Program-made: the position numbers and the translations under genes
NCBI RefSeq assembly: GCF_902713615.1
Contig: NC_052146.1
Coordinates: 71,071,238-71,135,237 of the forward strand
Source: Scyliorhinus canicula
Taxonomy: Eukaryota
Reading direction: 5' to 3'
Length of the DNA: 64,000 nt
Shown here: positions 9,982 to 22,917 of the stretch, in pieces
Layout of the letters: the number at the start of each line of letters is the position of its first letter
Position numbering within the stretch: the first letter of the stretch is position 1
Notes under the pieces: generated by a model
Told to the model about the DNA's origin: nothing
Seen by the model: the letters and a program-made list of their open reading frames with translations, nothing else
Databases searched by the model: none

Positions 9982-11554
9982 AACTTCCGGTGACAGCGGG
10001 CGGGAGGCAGCTGCACATTGGAGGGCTCCCATTCGGGAACGGCATTTTCGGGGTTCAACACCCGGTCTCAGGGGCAACGGAGGCGGAAAAAGCACGGAGA
10101 AGGCACAGTGAAGGGAAATGTTGAAAATAAGTAAAAGAACAGCCGTGAAAAAAGCAGCTGAACGTCCGTCGGGGAGTGGAAAGGTCACCGCGGGGAGGGC
10201 AAGAAAAGCGGAGGCTGGGACACCAGGGGAGGCCGCATTGCCCACCGCTGAAGAAATGACTAAGGTGATGGCCATGGAACTTGAAAGGCACTTCACAAAC
10301 ACATGGAGGGGATGAGGAAGGAGATGGGGGTGGTATTGAAAGTGGTGGTGGAGGAGGCAATTGCCCCGGTGAGGGCGGCGGTATTAAGCGCAGTGGCAGA
10401 GGTGCGGGAGCAAGGTGAGGTGTTGAAAGAGGTGGAGGAGACATTATTGCAGCACAGTGATCAAATTACCTCGATGGGGAAGGAGATGCGGAAGGTGATA
10501 GAGATCAACAAGGGTCTGCGAGCCAAAATGGACGACTTGGAAAACAGATCCAGGCGACAGAATCTGAGGATTGTGGGTTTGCCCGAAGGAATAGAAGGCC
10601 CGAGGCTGACTGAGTATTTTGCCACGATGTTGGCGAAGCTATTGGGGGCGGGTGATGATCCCTCCCGATATGAACTGGAACAGGCTCATTGGTCGTGGAT
10701 CCCTCTACCAAAGGAGAGTGAGCCACCAAGAGTAGTGACTCTGTGTTTTCATATGTACAGTGTGAAGGAGAAGGTCCTGTGCTGGGCAAAGCAGAAGTGG
10801 ATGGTGCGGTGGGCTGGAGCTGGTATATGCATATATCAGAACTTTGCAGTGGAGCTGGCGAGGAGGCGGGCTGCCGTCAGGCGGGTGAAGAAGGCACTGT
10901 GCATCGGTAAGTTGCAGTGTGGCATAGTATACCCAGCTAAGTTGTGGGTGACCTACAAATCCAAGGACTTTTATTTTGGGATGGTGGAAGCAGCGGAGGA
11001 GTTTGCGAAGGCAGAAGGACTGTTGCTGAATTAAGAAATGGTCATGTACCGAAGTAGCCTCATTTAACTGTATTTTTTCACTGCGTGCTGGTGTATGTGC
11101 TAAATGAACCAACATTGTATGTATTTGGACAAGGGAAGAGATGGGACTTTCACTTTCAATGATGGTTCTTTTGGGCTTGGGTGTGTATGCGGAGTTGGTG
11201 TACTAAAGGGGACTTCTTGGATGTCCTGGGATTGGGCAAGGGGGAAAGTAACCCGGGTGGAGGCCTCCATGCCGGTCGGTTTAAGCTGGCCAGTGAATGG
11301 GAGTGAGGTGGGGGGAGGGGCTGCGGCCATCGGAGCCTGGCAGAACAGGTTCCGATGAGTCTAGCCAGGGTGGAAAGTTGGGGCGGAAGGAACAGAGGTT
11401 TGGGGGAGGAGTTTTACAAGAGGAAGTGGAGGGGAGGAGTCGGGGAGGGGAGGGGTTACAATTCATGGGTATCATTTACGGTACTCTTCCGGGGATTGGA
11501 TGGCATTGAATGTTAGGGGGAGGAGGGGTGGACTCTATAGGTCAATGGTGACAA
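9982..11554 (+). mobile_element. ORF1-only L1-like element, cluster 1 copy (3' tail deleted)
   Basis: ORF1p 10118-11034 with one frameshift near 10305: coiled coil, then DLENRSRRQNLRIVGLPEG and IVYPAKLWVTY (L1 ORF1/Transposase_22 motifs). No ORF2 follows. Confidence 0.85.
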
Positions 11555-11648
11555 CGAACACTAAACAACTGTCCTGGGGCGACTGCAAATATGTCTATCT
11601 CCCGGCACCACCAACTCCCAGTTCACATGGTGACGTGGTGGGTGCACA

Positions 11649-11676
11649 GTACCACCTAGTGGTAGGAGGTCCTGCA
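11649..11676 (-). promoter_or_regulatory. CTCF-type site with upstream motif, cluster 1
   Basis: Minus strand TGCAGGACC-N5-CCACTAGGTGGTAC against consensus TGCAGTACC-N5/6-CCASYAGRKGGCRS. Confidence 0.6.
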
Positions 11677-12016
11677 TAACATTATGTGCAAACTTATATT
11701 ATGCATATCACAACATAGATCAATTAGACATCCAATTAATCCATATTCCCAGACATAACAGTCTCTCTTAGCTCACAAATATCAGACATCAGAACTACTC
11801 TATATATTTTTATATCAGTACTTTGTCATCTCTTTTATTCGGTCAAAGGATATGCCACTTTATCCTTTGTTTAAAAAGTAAAGTAACTCATTCCAAGTAA
11901 CCACAGAAGGAAGTAACGGCAACCTTGAAATGACCTATAGAAAACATTGAGTCCCTGATAGGCGAGCTGATTTAATACCAAATAAATGAAGGTTGATAGG
12001 ATGAGTATCCAATATC

Positions 12017-12243
12017 TTTTTATTTATATACATTTAGAGTACCCAATTCCTTTTTTCCAATTAAGGGGCAATTTAGCACGGCCAATCCACCTATCCTGCA
12101 AATCTTTGGGTTGTGGATGTGAAACCCACGCAGACACGGAGAATGTGCAAACTCTACATGGACAGTGACCCAGGGCTGCGATCGAACCTGGGACCTCGGT
12201 GCCATGAGGCAGCAGTGCTAACCACTGCGACACCGTGCTGCCC
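12017..12243 (-). mobile_element. Full-length HE1-like SINE predating the duplication (also ~47030-47240)
   Basis: Head GGGCAGCACGGTGTCGCAGTGG. Imperfect TSD GAGTATC(C/A)AAT. Same site in both units. Confidence 0.8.
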
Positions 12244-13026
12244 TGAGTATCAAATGTCAATCATGAGGACATGATAGCATATTTCATCCATCCTGAATAA
12301 ATGAAAAAGGAAGGTAAAATTAAACATTATTTCATCTTAGGAACCAGTAACTTAAAATTTATTAGCACACTGGGTTAAAATTTATTGTGAGGGATGGTCC
12401 CCTATGTTACTGATACCTCAGTAAGGGGACGTTGGGAAATGACATCAATAGATGACCATCGCACTCGAGAAGCCAATTAGAAACTGATCATCACCAAACA
12501 CATAGATCACGCACGCCTTAAACTAATTAAAAATGACCTTCGCTTCATTTAGGCCAATTAGAATGCAATGAATCATTGATCACGCTGTGGGAATACGGCT
12601 TGAAATGCGTTCATAAGCAGAAGCTTTCAATGAGTAGGCTTTGCAGCAAGTGCTGCTGTCCACAGGGAAGCAGAGTAAGGACAAAAAAAAACAGAACAAG
12701 CGCCCAATCAGCTGGGTAGCTTTTCGTCAATCCTGTTAATCTTCTTCAGCATTGTTGGAGTTGCACTCATCGAGAAAAATGTAAAGTATTCCATCATGCT
12801 CCTGACTTCTGCTTTGTAAGCGGTGGATTGGCTTTGGATAGGCAGGAGGTGAATTACTCTCCATAGGATGCGCGACCTCTGACCTGCTCCTGTATTTACA
12901 TTGATGATTCAGTTCAGTTTCTGATTAATGGTAACCCGCAAATTGTTGATATTGGTGGATGCAGAAAAATGGCAATGCCATTGAATGATAAGTGGTGATG
13001 ATTAATTTCTGTCTTGTTCGACGTGC

Positions 13027-14690
13027 TCATTGCAGAAGATCCCTACCCCCACTCTACCAACCAATACATATATGACTGAGACATACACGCACCCGTGACC
13101 AACTCTTCAAAGTGAAGACTAAGCAGACTCCATCTCTTATGGAACCCCTCGATCGCCCGCTCAAGGAAAAAGTAACCCTAACAGGACCCGCATCTGCTGG
13201 TCTGACAGGTTCGACACCCCACATACGACCCCAAAGGGACTGGACTCCAAGTGCAACATCGCCGCAATGGTGATGATCAACGAACCCCAAAACTTCTCCA
13301 ACTTCGGGCAGCACCAGAACATATGGACATGGTTGGCCGGACCCCTCCTACACCACTGCTTTCTGATGATATTTCTGAAAGGACATTAATTTGTGGGTAT
13401 TGAGAAGAAGTCTAGTTTCCCAGAGTACCTGCCCGGGGCCATCGGCAGTATTGTCGTTTCTATCGCCCTCAACACCAACACATACGCAGATCCTCCTAAA
13501 CCACCTGGGCTGCGCCCTTCCAACCCAACCCCTCATCTTTTCCGCATTCACCGTCCAATAATACTATAAAAATTCGGGAGGCCCATGTTGCTAAGTGTGC
13601 TTTACACTTAATTTGCTCTGTTTAATCACCTTGCTCTAGAGTCGCCAGGTATCTTTATGATACCACCACGAGGTTCAAGTTCAAGTGCTGATCAATAACT
13701 CAATACACCAGTTAGTAAGGTTCAAATCAAAACACATTTATTATATACACAGTCAATCGCTACTCATGCATAAAATACTACTCACTAGACTATCTCTTAC
13801 ACTAAAAGGCCAATACTTAGCTTTGGAAACTGGCCCACCAGGTCAGGGGAACAACTGGCCTATCATTCGATTCTGAGTCTGCAGGCTTCAAGCTTGTATG
13901 GACTAGTAGCTAGGAGCACCTATCTCGTAGCATGCGTTGACTGGACACCTACTTGCTTGGTGCAGCTGCTAGGCAGGTCACGGTCAAGGGTTGTTTCGAG
14001 CTGCTGAGAGACCCTGCCAAGAAGCTGTTAGGCTTGCCTCTCCTCGCTGAGAGCCAAGTGCCAAGAAGAATGAACTGAATTTGGGGACTCTATTTTATAG
14101 TCCCCAGGGGCTTCGCGCCCTTTTGGGCGCACCCCGTACCTGGTTCCAATTGATTGGCCTCGATTACCTTAAATGTTTCCAATTGTTCCCGGAGATCGCT
14201 CATCAATATGTAGATGGTTGTTAGTTTCAGTGCTGTCTGGGTTTCTGCAAGTTCTAATACACAGGATGCTTTGCATCTGCTTGCTTCCCTGTGCCTGTCC
14301 ATTTCTCCCTGCATTCTTAGCGGCCCTCCATTTTAAAGTCGGGAAGTGGCCAACCCAGGTGGCTAGATGATATTTCTGAAAGGACATTAATTTGTGGGTA
14401 CAGAGAAGAAGTCTAGTTTCCCAGAGTACCTGCCCGGGGCCATCGGCAGCATTGTTGTTTCTAGCGCCCTCAACGCCAACACCTACACAGATCCTCCTAA
14501 ACCACCGGGACTGCGCCCTTCCAACCCAACCCCTCATCTTTTCGGCATTCACCGTCCAATAATAATATAAATTCGGGAAGCCCAACCCCCCTGCCTCCCA
14601 CTCTCTGCAGCACCACCTTTCTGACGCAGTTACCTTCCCCCAAAATAAATGAAGTGTCCACTTCCTTAAAGAATGCCTCCATTCTTAGCG
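13027..14690 (-). mobile_element. Decayed L1 ORF2 3' fragments (13027-13585, 14368-14690) split by a solo LTR
   Basis: Minus-strand text matches ORF2 C-terminal sequence (HMFWCCPKL, PNLYYYWTVNAEK) as in the L1s at 17-19 and 54-57 kb. Confidence 0.75.
13586..14367 (-). mobile_element. Solo LTR (ERV/Gypsy-type)
   Basis: Minus strand begins T(C)TAGCCACC and ends TAGCAACA, with internal AATAAA. Termini resemble the solo LTR at 29423-30166. Confidence 0.65.
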
Positions 14691-15387
14691 GCTGCTTTAG
14701 CATAGTGGGCTAAACAGCTGGCTTGTAATGCAGGACAAGTGTCCAAAAAGGTTAGGTGGGGTTACTGGGTTACGGGGATAGGATGGAGGGGTGGGCTTAG
14801 GTAGGGTGCTCTGTCCAATGGCTGGTGCATAGAAGGGAAATGACGTATTTATGCGTGCGATACAGTGTAAGAGAACCAGTCTTGCAACAGTCATAGTATG
14901 TTCTTTACATTTTTGATAATAAAGACGTGATTTGATTTAAAGATAAAATTGAGTCTGTCAATGGAACGGTGTCATTGATTCCTAGCATCAAGTCATATAA
15001 AAATGTTTATATTGAATAAAAAATGTTCTCAAAAGACAATTGATATGTACCCTGCTAATATCCCAGGATGATGCCAGTCTTGAGGACATGATGTGATATG
15101 TGCAAGAGCAGTATTAATCTTTATCATCGGCAATTCAAACACACGTTGAACGTTTGAAATGGAATTTTGAATTGTTTAAAAGTGACTATTTTTTTCAGAG
15201 CGGTTTTCATAAGAGTTCGGGAAAAAACGATTTATTTTTAACCAAGAGAATTATTCCCAAACAGTAATTCCATCGGGGTTCGTGCGCATGCGCCGAGGTG
15301 TTTTCAAATCGCCTTCACACAACCGCATCCATGGATTCCCCAATTAGCCAATCGGCGCATAAAGGCGAACTAACCAAAGCAGCTGTC

Positions 15388-15716
15388 TCTTCACGCAGGC
15401 GACACCACCGAGTGCGTCAGCGTGGCTAGGTCACGTGATGGAGTTTCTGGACCTTGAAGGGAAAGTTCACTGTCAGGCGGTCGATATGGTGGATTCTGCC
15501 GTGGATGTCAGCTGTTCATATTGCGTGTGAGGAATTGGTCACTGTTAGCTGTTGGTGGGAGGGGGGCGAGGCGAGAGGGCGAGTTGGTGCGCTTCATTTT
15601 CGTAATTGGGCTGTATTGTTGCAGTTTTCGCTTCGATTTTTTTCTTTTGTTATATGTTAGTTTTGTTTTGCTGTGATTTTTTAATAGAAGTTCAATAAAG
15701 ATATTTTCAAAAAAAA
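15388..15716 (+). mobile_element. Short 5'-truncated L1 3' end with poly(A), shared (also ~57179-57498)
   Basis: Encodes the ORF2 end AWLGHVMEFLDLE; AATAAA plus A tail. TSD A(A/G)AGCAGCTGTC (15376-15387/15717-15728). Confidence 0.75.
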
Positions 15717-17077
15717 AGAGCAGCTGTCCCATTGACAAATATTTGGGGGTGGGGGAACTTTACGTCCGTGATCCACCTGTTTTATCACTTTTCAACTCTT
15801 CTGTAAAAGTTCGACAGAACGGAATGTCCTGTAGGTCCTTTCAGAGGGCAGACTGTGTGAGTCTGCAGTCACATGTCAGCCAGAACAGGTATGGATGTCA
15901 TATTTCCTTCATTAAAGGACATCAATGAGCCAGATGGACTTTACACCAAACGATCTTGCTTCCTGGTCAACGTTAGGGAGACTACATTGCAATTCCAGAT
16001 TTATAAATAATTAAACATAAATTCCACCAGCTGCCATTTGAACCCATTAGGGTGGGCCTCTTGTTTAATAGATATTACCACTATGTTAACAGTTCCCCGA
16101 AAGTGAATTGAATGTGACAGCCATTGAAATCAAGGCAACGTTTGACCAAATGTGGTATCAAGAACACCTAAAAAAAACTTAAGTCAACGGGAATCAGAGA
16201 GGAAGCTCTCCACCGGTTGAAGTCATTCCTGATAGAAAGGAAGATGGTTCTGGTTGTTGAAGGTCAATCATATCCGTTTCAGGATATGGTTGTAGGAGTT
16301 GCTCAGTGTTGTGCCCTAGGCATAATTTGCTTCATCGTTTCAACACTGGCCTTCCCACCTTCTGTCTATGGACTGTCCAGAACATAAAAACAAAGTCTGA
16401 CCCAGTCACTTCAAGGAGCGCCACTAAAATTTAAGTTATTGGGAATCAGGGAAGCTCTCCAGTGATTGGAGTCGTACCCATCATAAAGGAAGATGGCTGT
16501 TGTCGGCTAACCTCAGTCCCAGAATATTGCTGCAGGAGTTCCGCTGAGGACCATCACCGGACTCAAACATCTTCAGCTGCTTCATCAATGACCTCCTTCA
16601 TACCATCAGAAATGGGGACGCTCGCTGACATCAATGTGTGACAATTTCCAGCAAGACCTGAACAGCATTCAGGCTGGAATCTGAGGAGCAACATTCACGT
16701 CACAAGCAGCAGGTAATGACCATCTCCAACAAGGGAGAATCTAATCATGACCCATGGGCATTCAATGACATTATCATCATTGAACACCCCACTATCAATA
16801 TCCTGCAGGTTACATTGACCAGAAAGAGAACTAGGCCAGTCCTTTGAAGACTGCCGTCCTACGTGCAATTAGAGGTGGGGACTTCTGTGGCCAATAACTC
16901 CTTTTATGACTCCCCAAGCCTGGCCGCCATCAACATGGTTCAAATCAGGAGTGTTATGGAATGTTCTCCACTTGCCCAGATGAAAGCAGCTCCAACAGCA
17001 GTCCAGAAACCTGACTGCATCAAGGTCAAAACAGTTCCCTTGATTGGCACCCCACCCAACCCCTTAAACAATCACTT

Positions 17078-17100
17078 CTTATAATGGGAGCCCCCACACC

Positions 17101-17134
<34 letters not shown>

Positions 17135-19444
17135 GAGAGAAAACCAGGGGTGATCGTCTCCCTGGACGCAGAAAAGGCCTTCAACAGAGTCGAATGGAAC
17201 TGCCTCCTCGAGGTACTGGAACGGTTTGGGCCAGGAGCGGGGTTCACTGTCTGGGTGAGGCTCCTGTCCAATGCTCCCAAAGCGAGTGTCTGAACTAACA
17301 CCAGCTCTGAATACTTTCAGCTACAGAGAGGAACAAGGCAGGGCTGCCCCCTGTTCCCACTCCTGTTCGCACTAGCGATAAAACCCCTGGCGATATCCCT
17401 GCAGGACGCGGAAAGCTGGAAAGCAATCCAGAGAGGAGACAGTAAGCACAGAGTCCCACTCTATGCAGATTACCTGCTCCTCTATGTCTCGAAGCCACAG
17501 GAGGGACTGAAGGCAATACTGCAAATACTGAAAGAGTTCAGAACCTTCTCGGGTTACAAACTTAACGTGGGCATAAGTGTGGCATTCCCAGTGAACCCAA
17601 AAGGGGGAGGGGCAGAGCTGGAGGGGCTCCATTCAAAACGGCCCAGAACAGATTCCGTTACCTGGGGATCCAGATAGCCAGAAAATGGACACAGATCCAC
17701 AAGTGGAACCTGACCAGCCTGGTGGAGGAAGTAAGAAAAGACCTTCAATGGTGCGGCTCACTCCCACCCTCCCTGGCACGGAGAGCTCAGACAATCAAGA
17801 TGAACGTACTGCCACGGTTCCTCTTCATGTTTAGATCCATTCTGATCTTCATCCCCAAGGCCTTTTTCCAAAACATAGACAGTCTAATCATGGCGTGTGT
17901 GTGTGTGGGGGTGGGGGTGGAAGCAACCTGAGAATACTCAAACCGATACTGCAAAGATGAAAAATCAAAGGGGGCTTGGCCTTACCAAACCTACAATACT
18001 ACCACTGGGCAGCAACGGCAGAAAGAGTGAGGGGATGGGTAAAAGAACCCGACACTGGTTACAAATGGAGGAGGTGCCCTGTAAAGGAACGATCCTCCTC
18101 TACAACAGCACTACCATCCTCCTCAACAAGATACACAACAAGCCCAGCTGTAGCCGCCACGCTGAAAACGTGGACCCAGTTGAAACAGCACTTTGGGATA
18201 AGTAAAATGGCCCCTATGGGCCCCATCCACGGCAACCACAGATTCCTCCCCCCCCCCCCCCCCAGTCATGATAGATACCACCTTCAAAAGATGGAGTCAG
18301 GATGGGGTTGCACTGATGGTCGGGGACTTCTACGTAGGGCATAGACTGGCAACACTGGATGAACTGACGAGGAAGTGGAAACTAACAAAAGGACAGAAAA
18401 TGAGACACCTCGAAATAAAAAACTTCCCCCGCAAAGAGACAGTGGGGTACCCCGGGGCCCCAGAAAACGCACTACTAGAGGACCTGATAGGCACAAGCTG
18501 CGAGAAGGAGTGGGTGGGGGGGGGGGGGCTATGTGGGAAAAGATAAGGACAGCTACTGGACACGGGTCGAACACCACTGGACAAGAACAGACAAAAATGG
18601 AAAGGCGAACAGGGGACAGAGGTAGGATGGGGACTCTGGAACGAAGCAGCGAGCAGGGTGAACTCCACCTCCTCCTGCACAAGGCTAAACCTAATACAGC
18701 TCAAAGTGGTGCACAGAGCGCACCTGACCATAACTCGAATGAGTTCCGGAGGTGGATGACAAATGTGAACAGTGTCAGTGGGGCCTAGCCAACCACACCC
18801 ACATGTTCTGGGCCTGTCCCAAACTTGCTGTGTTCTGGACAGCCCTCTCCGAGGCAATGTCCAGGGTTGTGGGGGTGAGGGTGAAGCCATTACCAATAGT
18901 GACAATCTTTGGGGTATCGGAGCAGCCAGGGTTACACATGGGGAAGGGGGCCAACGCACTTGCTTTTGCTTCCCTCATCACACGCCGGAGAATCCTGCTC
19001 GGCTGGTGATCGGCAGCACCACCCAAAGCTGCAGACTGGCTCGCTGACCTCTCCACCTGGAGAAGATTAAGTACGCCATCCGAGGGTCAGAGGAAGGCTT
19101 CCTGGATACTTGGCGGCAGTTTGTCGGCCTGTTCCAAAACCTGTTCGAGGCCAACAACGAGGAGTAAGATAAGAATAAAAAACAAGCAAACAAGATAGAT
19201 GAGGACAGCGCAGCCCGGTGTGGGGAGGGTAGGCGGGAGGAAGGTGGGGAAACCACAAGAGAAGAGGATGGGGAGGGGGGAAGAAGGGAGGACGAGACGG
19301 GGAAGGGGGAATTATAGACCAATCCAAGGGCAACGAAATGTACATAGAGTTAGTTAAATTAGCGTGGGCGCAAGAAAATGTAATGTATACTCACAACAAC
19401 TGTTTATAAATAAGAGAAAAGCCAATAAAAAGATTTTCGAAAAA
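17078..19444 (+). mobile_element. 5'-truncated L1 (RT to 3' UTR), cluster 1 only
   Basis: SLDAEKAFNRVEW, QGCPL, LYADY and HMFWACPKL motifs with stops and frameshifts; A tail. 12-bp TSD AAACAATCACTT (17066-17077/19445-19456). Empty site at ~59583. Confidence 0.9.
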
Positions 19445-20394
19445 AAACAATCACTTTTTCCACACAGGTAGACAGTGGCAGTAGTGTGTACCATCCAAAA
19501 TATGCACTGCAGCAACAAGCTAAATTCTTCCAATAGCATCTCCAAACTCACGACCTCCGCAACCTGAACTAATAGGTTCAGGAACCGCACGGGGAACACT
19601 TCAGCCTGCAAATTTCCCACTCAAGGTTAAAACACCCTGATGCGAATCTCCCAGGAAGTAATGCCCGAACTTACTTATTACCCAAAATGCCGCAATTTCA
19701 AGTGGCCTGCATGTTTCGTCCTGATTTTGCTTCTCTTTGGGCACAGACGCGATGAAAATAATGTGGGTTCACGATGCTACTGAAAGTTAAATTAATTGAA
19801 ATCCGATTAAATTAGCTGGGCGATTGTTGTCATCTTTTTTAAGGGCTGCAAACGTTTGGACTGTCTGATCGGTACTGTGATCTCCGATGGACAATTCAAC
19901 TGACGAGTGTGTGCAGAATGGTGACAGGTTCTCTCAAAATCTTGCTCACTCCATTTATTACCACCAGCTTCAATATGTACTTTCCCGTTTGGGGGGGGGG
20001 GGCATCTCACCCCAACTTGGCACAAAATATCACCTCTTGCTTTTAACAGTAACGATACGCTTCGTCTTACAGTCAATTTGTCAAGTATGTTCCTCTGTAT
20101 CTAAAGCCTGATTTTGTGGCGTCCGTTATCTCCGTATCTCATTTATCAATTACGCTGTGCAACACCATCCCCTTCTGGAATGGACGTGTAACGGCAGTTT
20201 CAGTTTGCGGCCACTGCAAAATACTGGGTCTTTTCCCGTAATTGTATTAACATTTCATTCCTCTCTTGTTTCCCGAGCACTAGATCGAACATCTCATCTC
20301 AAACAGAAATCAGCATGTTTAGATTGGATGCTTGATTTATTGTTGCGATATGCGATATTGCGAATTGAGACCAAGAAGAGTGCACTTGGGCACC

Positions 20395-21110
20395 GGTGCC
20401 TGCTCCGCGATTTAATAAATCATGGCTTATATAATTTCAACCTCGATTCCACCTTTCTCCCTGCTCCCGATAACCTTTCACTCCCTTGGTTCCTGAGAAT
20501 TCGTCTGCCTCTGCCTTAAAAAGATTCCAAGACTCTGCTTCCATCTTCCGAGGAAGAGAGTTGCAGAGACTCACAACCCTCTGAGAGAAAGGAAATCTCT
20601 TCATCCTTGTTTTAAATGAGCAACCCATTTTATATGGATCGGCCCGCTAGTTCTAGATCCTTACCTAGAAGAAAAATTATTTCCACATCTATCCTGTCAA
20701 AACCCATCAGGATCCTATATGTTTCCATCAGATCACCCCCACTTTTCTAAACCACACTGGATACATGCCTAACCTGTCCAACATTCCCTCAAATGACAAC
20801 CCACCCATTGCAGGTGTTGATCCAGTGAACATTCTGTGTGAACTATTTATAACGCAGTCACATCCTCAGTTAAATAAGATGGTCAATACTGTACACAGTA
20901 CTCTAGATGTGGTCTTACTAATGCCTGTAAATTTTAAGCATAACTTCCCGACTTTTGTCATCAATTCCCTTCGCAATAAACAATAACATTCTGTTAGTTT
21001 TTCTAATTGCTTCCTGTGCCTGCCTCCTAATCTTTTCAAATTCATGAATTGAGGTACCCATATCCCTCCACATTTCAGAGATCTGCAAACTCTGACCATT
21101 TAGTAAATGT
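20395..21110 (-). mobile_element. Decayed CR1 3' part (orthologue at ~60665-61370)
   Basis: Minus frame gives FSQRVVSLCNSLP, matching the intact CR1 C-terminus; boundaries approximate. Confidence 0.75.
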
Positions 21111-22104
21111 GCTTCGTTTTAATTCTTCAAGCCCAAATGGAAAATTTAATTCAATATTCCATATTAAGCCGGAATGTAACTAACTACAAAGAGGTGTTGG
21201 AGATGGAGGGAATTTTTGATTAAATCATTATGGACTACGGATTTGTTTCACAGCAGCATTGTGGTCCTCCACCTCGTCAGCTGTACCTCGATTTGAGGAT
21301 TTTGTCGACTCAGGGTCATGATGTTCTGCCGTGGATTTGCACGGGACTGAAAAGGCCGATTCTCCACCAGGTCGTTGGGCACACGGAGCAAAACATCCAA
21401 ATAGGTAGTGGGATTTGGAGTTCAAGATTTTCTTCCTTTTCTTTTCTGTCTCAACCTTAAGATAGTTCGATCGACAAATTGTTGCAATTTTGGACAATTG
21501 GTTGCAACTTCCTCGAAGTCATTCAGAAGTTTCAGAATGTCTTTAAAGCACTTATAAAGTTAGAGCACTTAGAAAGGACAGAGTTTTGTGAAAGGGAGCT
21601 CATACTTAACTAATAAAGTAGAGCTCTTGAGGAAGTAAGAAGTAACATGGGAACAGGGAAACCTATTAACGTAATGCACTTGGATTTCTAGAAGGTATTT
21701 GACAAGGTTTTATGTCAATAGTTACTGAACAAAATAAGAGGTCAGAGTGTGGGTATAACTGTTAGCACGGATGAAGGATTGCTTAACTAATGGGAAACAG
21801 CGGATTGGTGTAAATGGGTATTTTTTGGGTCAGCAAGGCGTAGAGTAGAGTCTCGGTATTGCCCTTAAAGGGACAATCTCCACACTCACCACAGTGCGGC
21901 AGTGATCAATCCCGGGGTCTCAACTACTTACAGCCTATATTAATGGCCGAGACGACGAGGCTGAAAGATAAGTATGAAAGTAACTTGTGACAAGGGCATA
22001 ACGAATCTGAAACGGGATATGGATATATTAAGTGAGTGGGCAAATGACGTATAATGTGCGAAAAGGTGAACCTGTCCACTTTGGCAGAAATAATAGAAAA
22101 AAGG

Positions 22105-22724
22105 TGTCATGTGAGAGTACCTTAAAGAAATGGGTGTTTTTATAGAATAACTGTAGTGGGTGTACTTTAAGAAATGGGTGTTTATTACTGCAGTGATGTC
22201 AGAGTGTGGGTGGAGCTGGGTTGCCTGTCTGCTTTACTTTCGGTTTTGAGCAGGTTGCTACAGAGTGAGTTTTTAGTTTCGTTTTCAGAGAGAAGAGCTG
22301 CAGTGAAAGCCAGCAGATGTGCATGGATCTCTCAACAAGCTAAAGAATATTCATATTCATTGATTTCAAAAGTATACCTGCTCTCATTAGAGAAGGTAAA
22401 CCTGATTTCTGTGTTTAAAGGGTCTTTTGTCTTACGGATGTTGTTTGGGTATTTATTAAGGATTACCTAGCGTTGTATTCTTTGTGGGGGGGGGGGGGGG
22501 TTATTTGAATTGATGGTTGCTAAGATGTCCACTGTATTTTTTTTAAAGGTTAACTTGAGTTCATAGAATAAACATTGTTTTGCTTTAACAAATACTGTTA
22601 GATGTCTGCTGCACCACACCTGTCGAGTGGGCCGTGTGCTTCCCAAACCACAATCTATTAAAAATTGTGAGTCAGGTGAACTCCATGATACACTTTGGGG
22701 TTCTCTAAACCCTGGCCCATAACA
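22105..22724 (+). repeat. 5' LTR
   Basis: TGTCATGTGAGAG...CCCATAACA (TG...CA), 620 bp. Confidence 0.9.
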
Positions 22725-22917
22725 AATTAGGGGCTCATCCAGGATAAAAGTAAATCTATTGGATTGGTTTAGTGAACTTAAAGACAGTGAGGGTGAGGAT
22801 ATTGTGGTTGCTTTTCAGGTGTGGTATTTTAGTTGAAGTAGGGAGTGCGTTGAGGACAGTGGCTCTTTCAGAGGCTCTGAAGTTTTTGGGGTTGGAGACG
22901 GTCACACGCAGTACTTT

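Noticed and set aside
10303-11034. 243-aa ORF as a host L1TD1-like gene
   Set aside because: It is frameshifted at the N-terminus, its paralogue has stops and a deletion, and it sits inside a TSD-flanked element.
17101-17131. ~30-nt poly-C run (also poly-G at ~40849-40871)
   Set aside because: These homopolymers lie inside TEs, and their lengths are unreliable in assemblies.
20195-20221. J-like peptide FCSGRKLKL on the minus strand (FCRGRKLKL in unit 2)
   Set aside because: It lacks the FG Gly, an RSS and a donor site. About one such match is expected by chance in a window this size.
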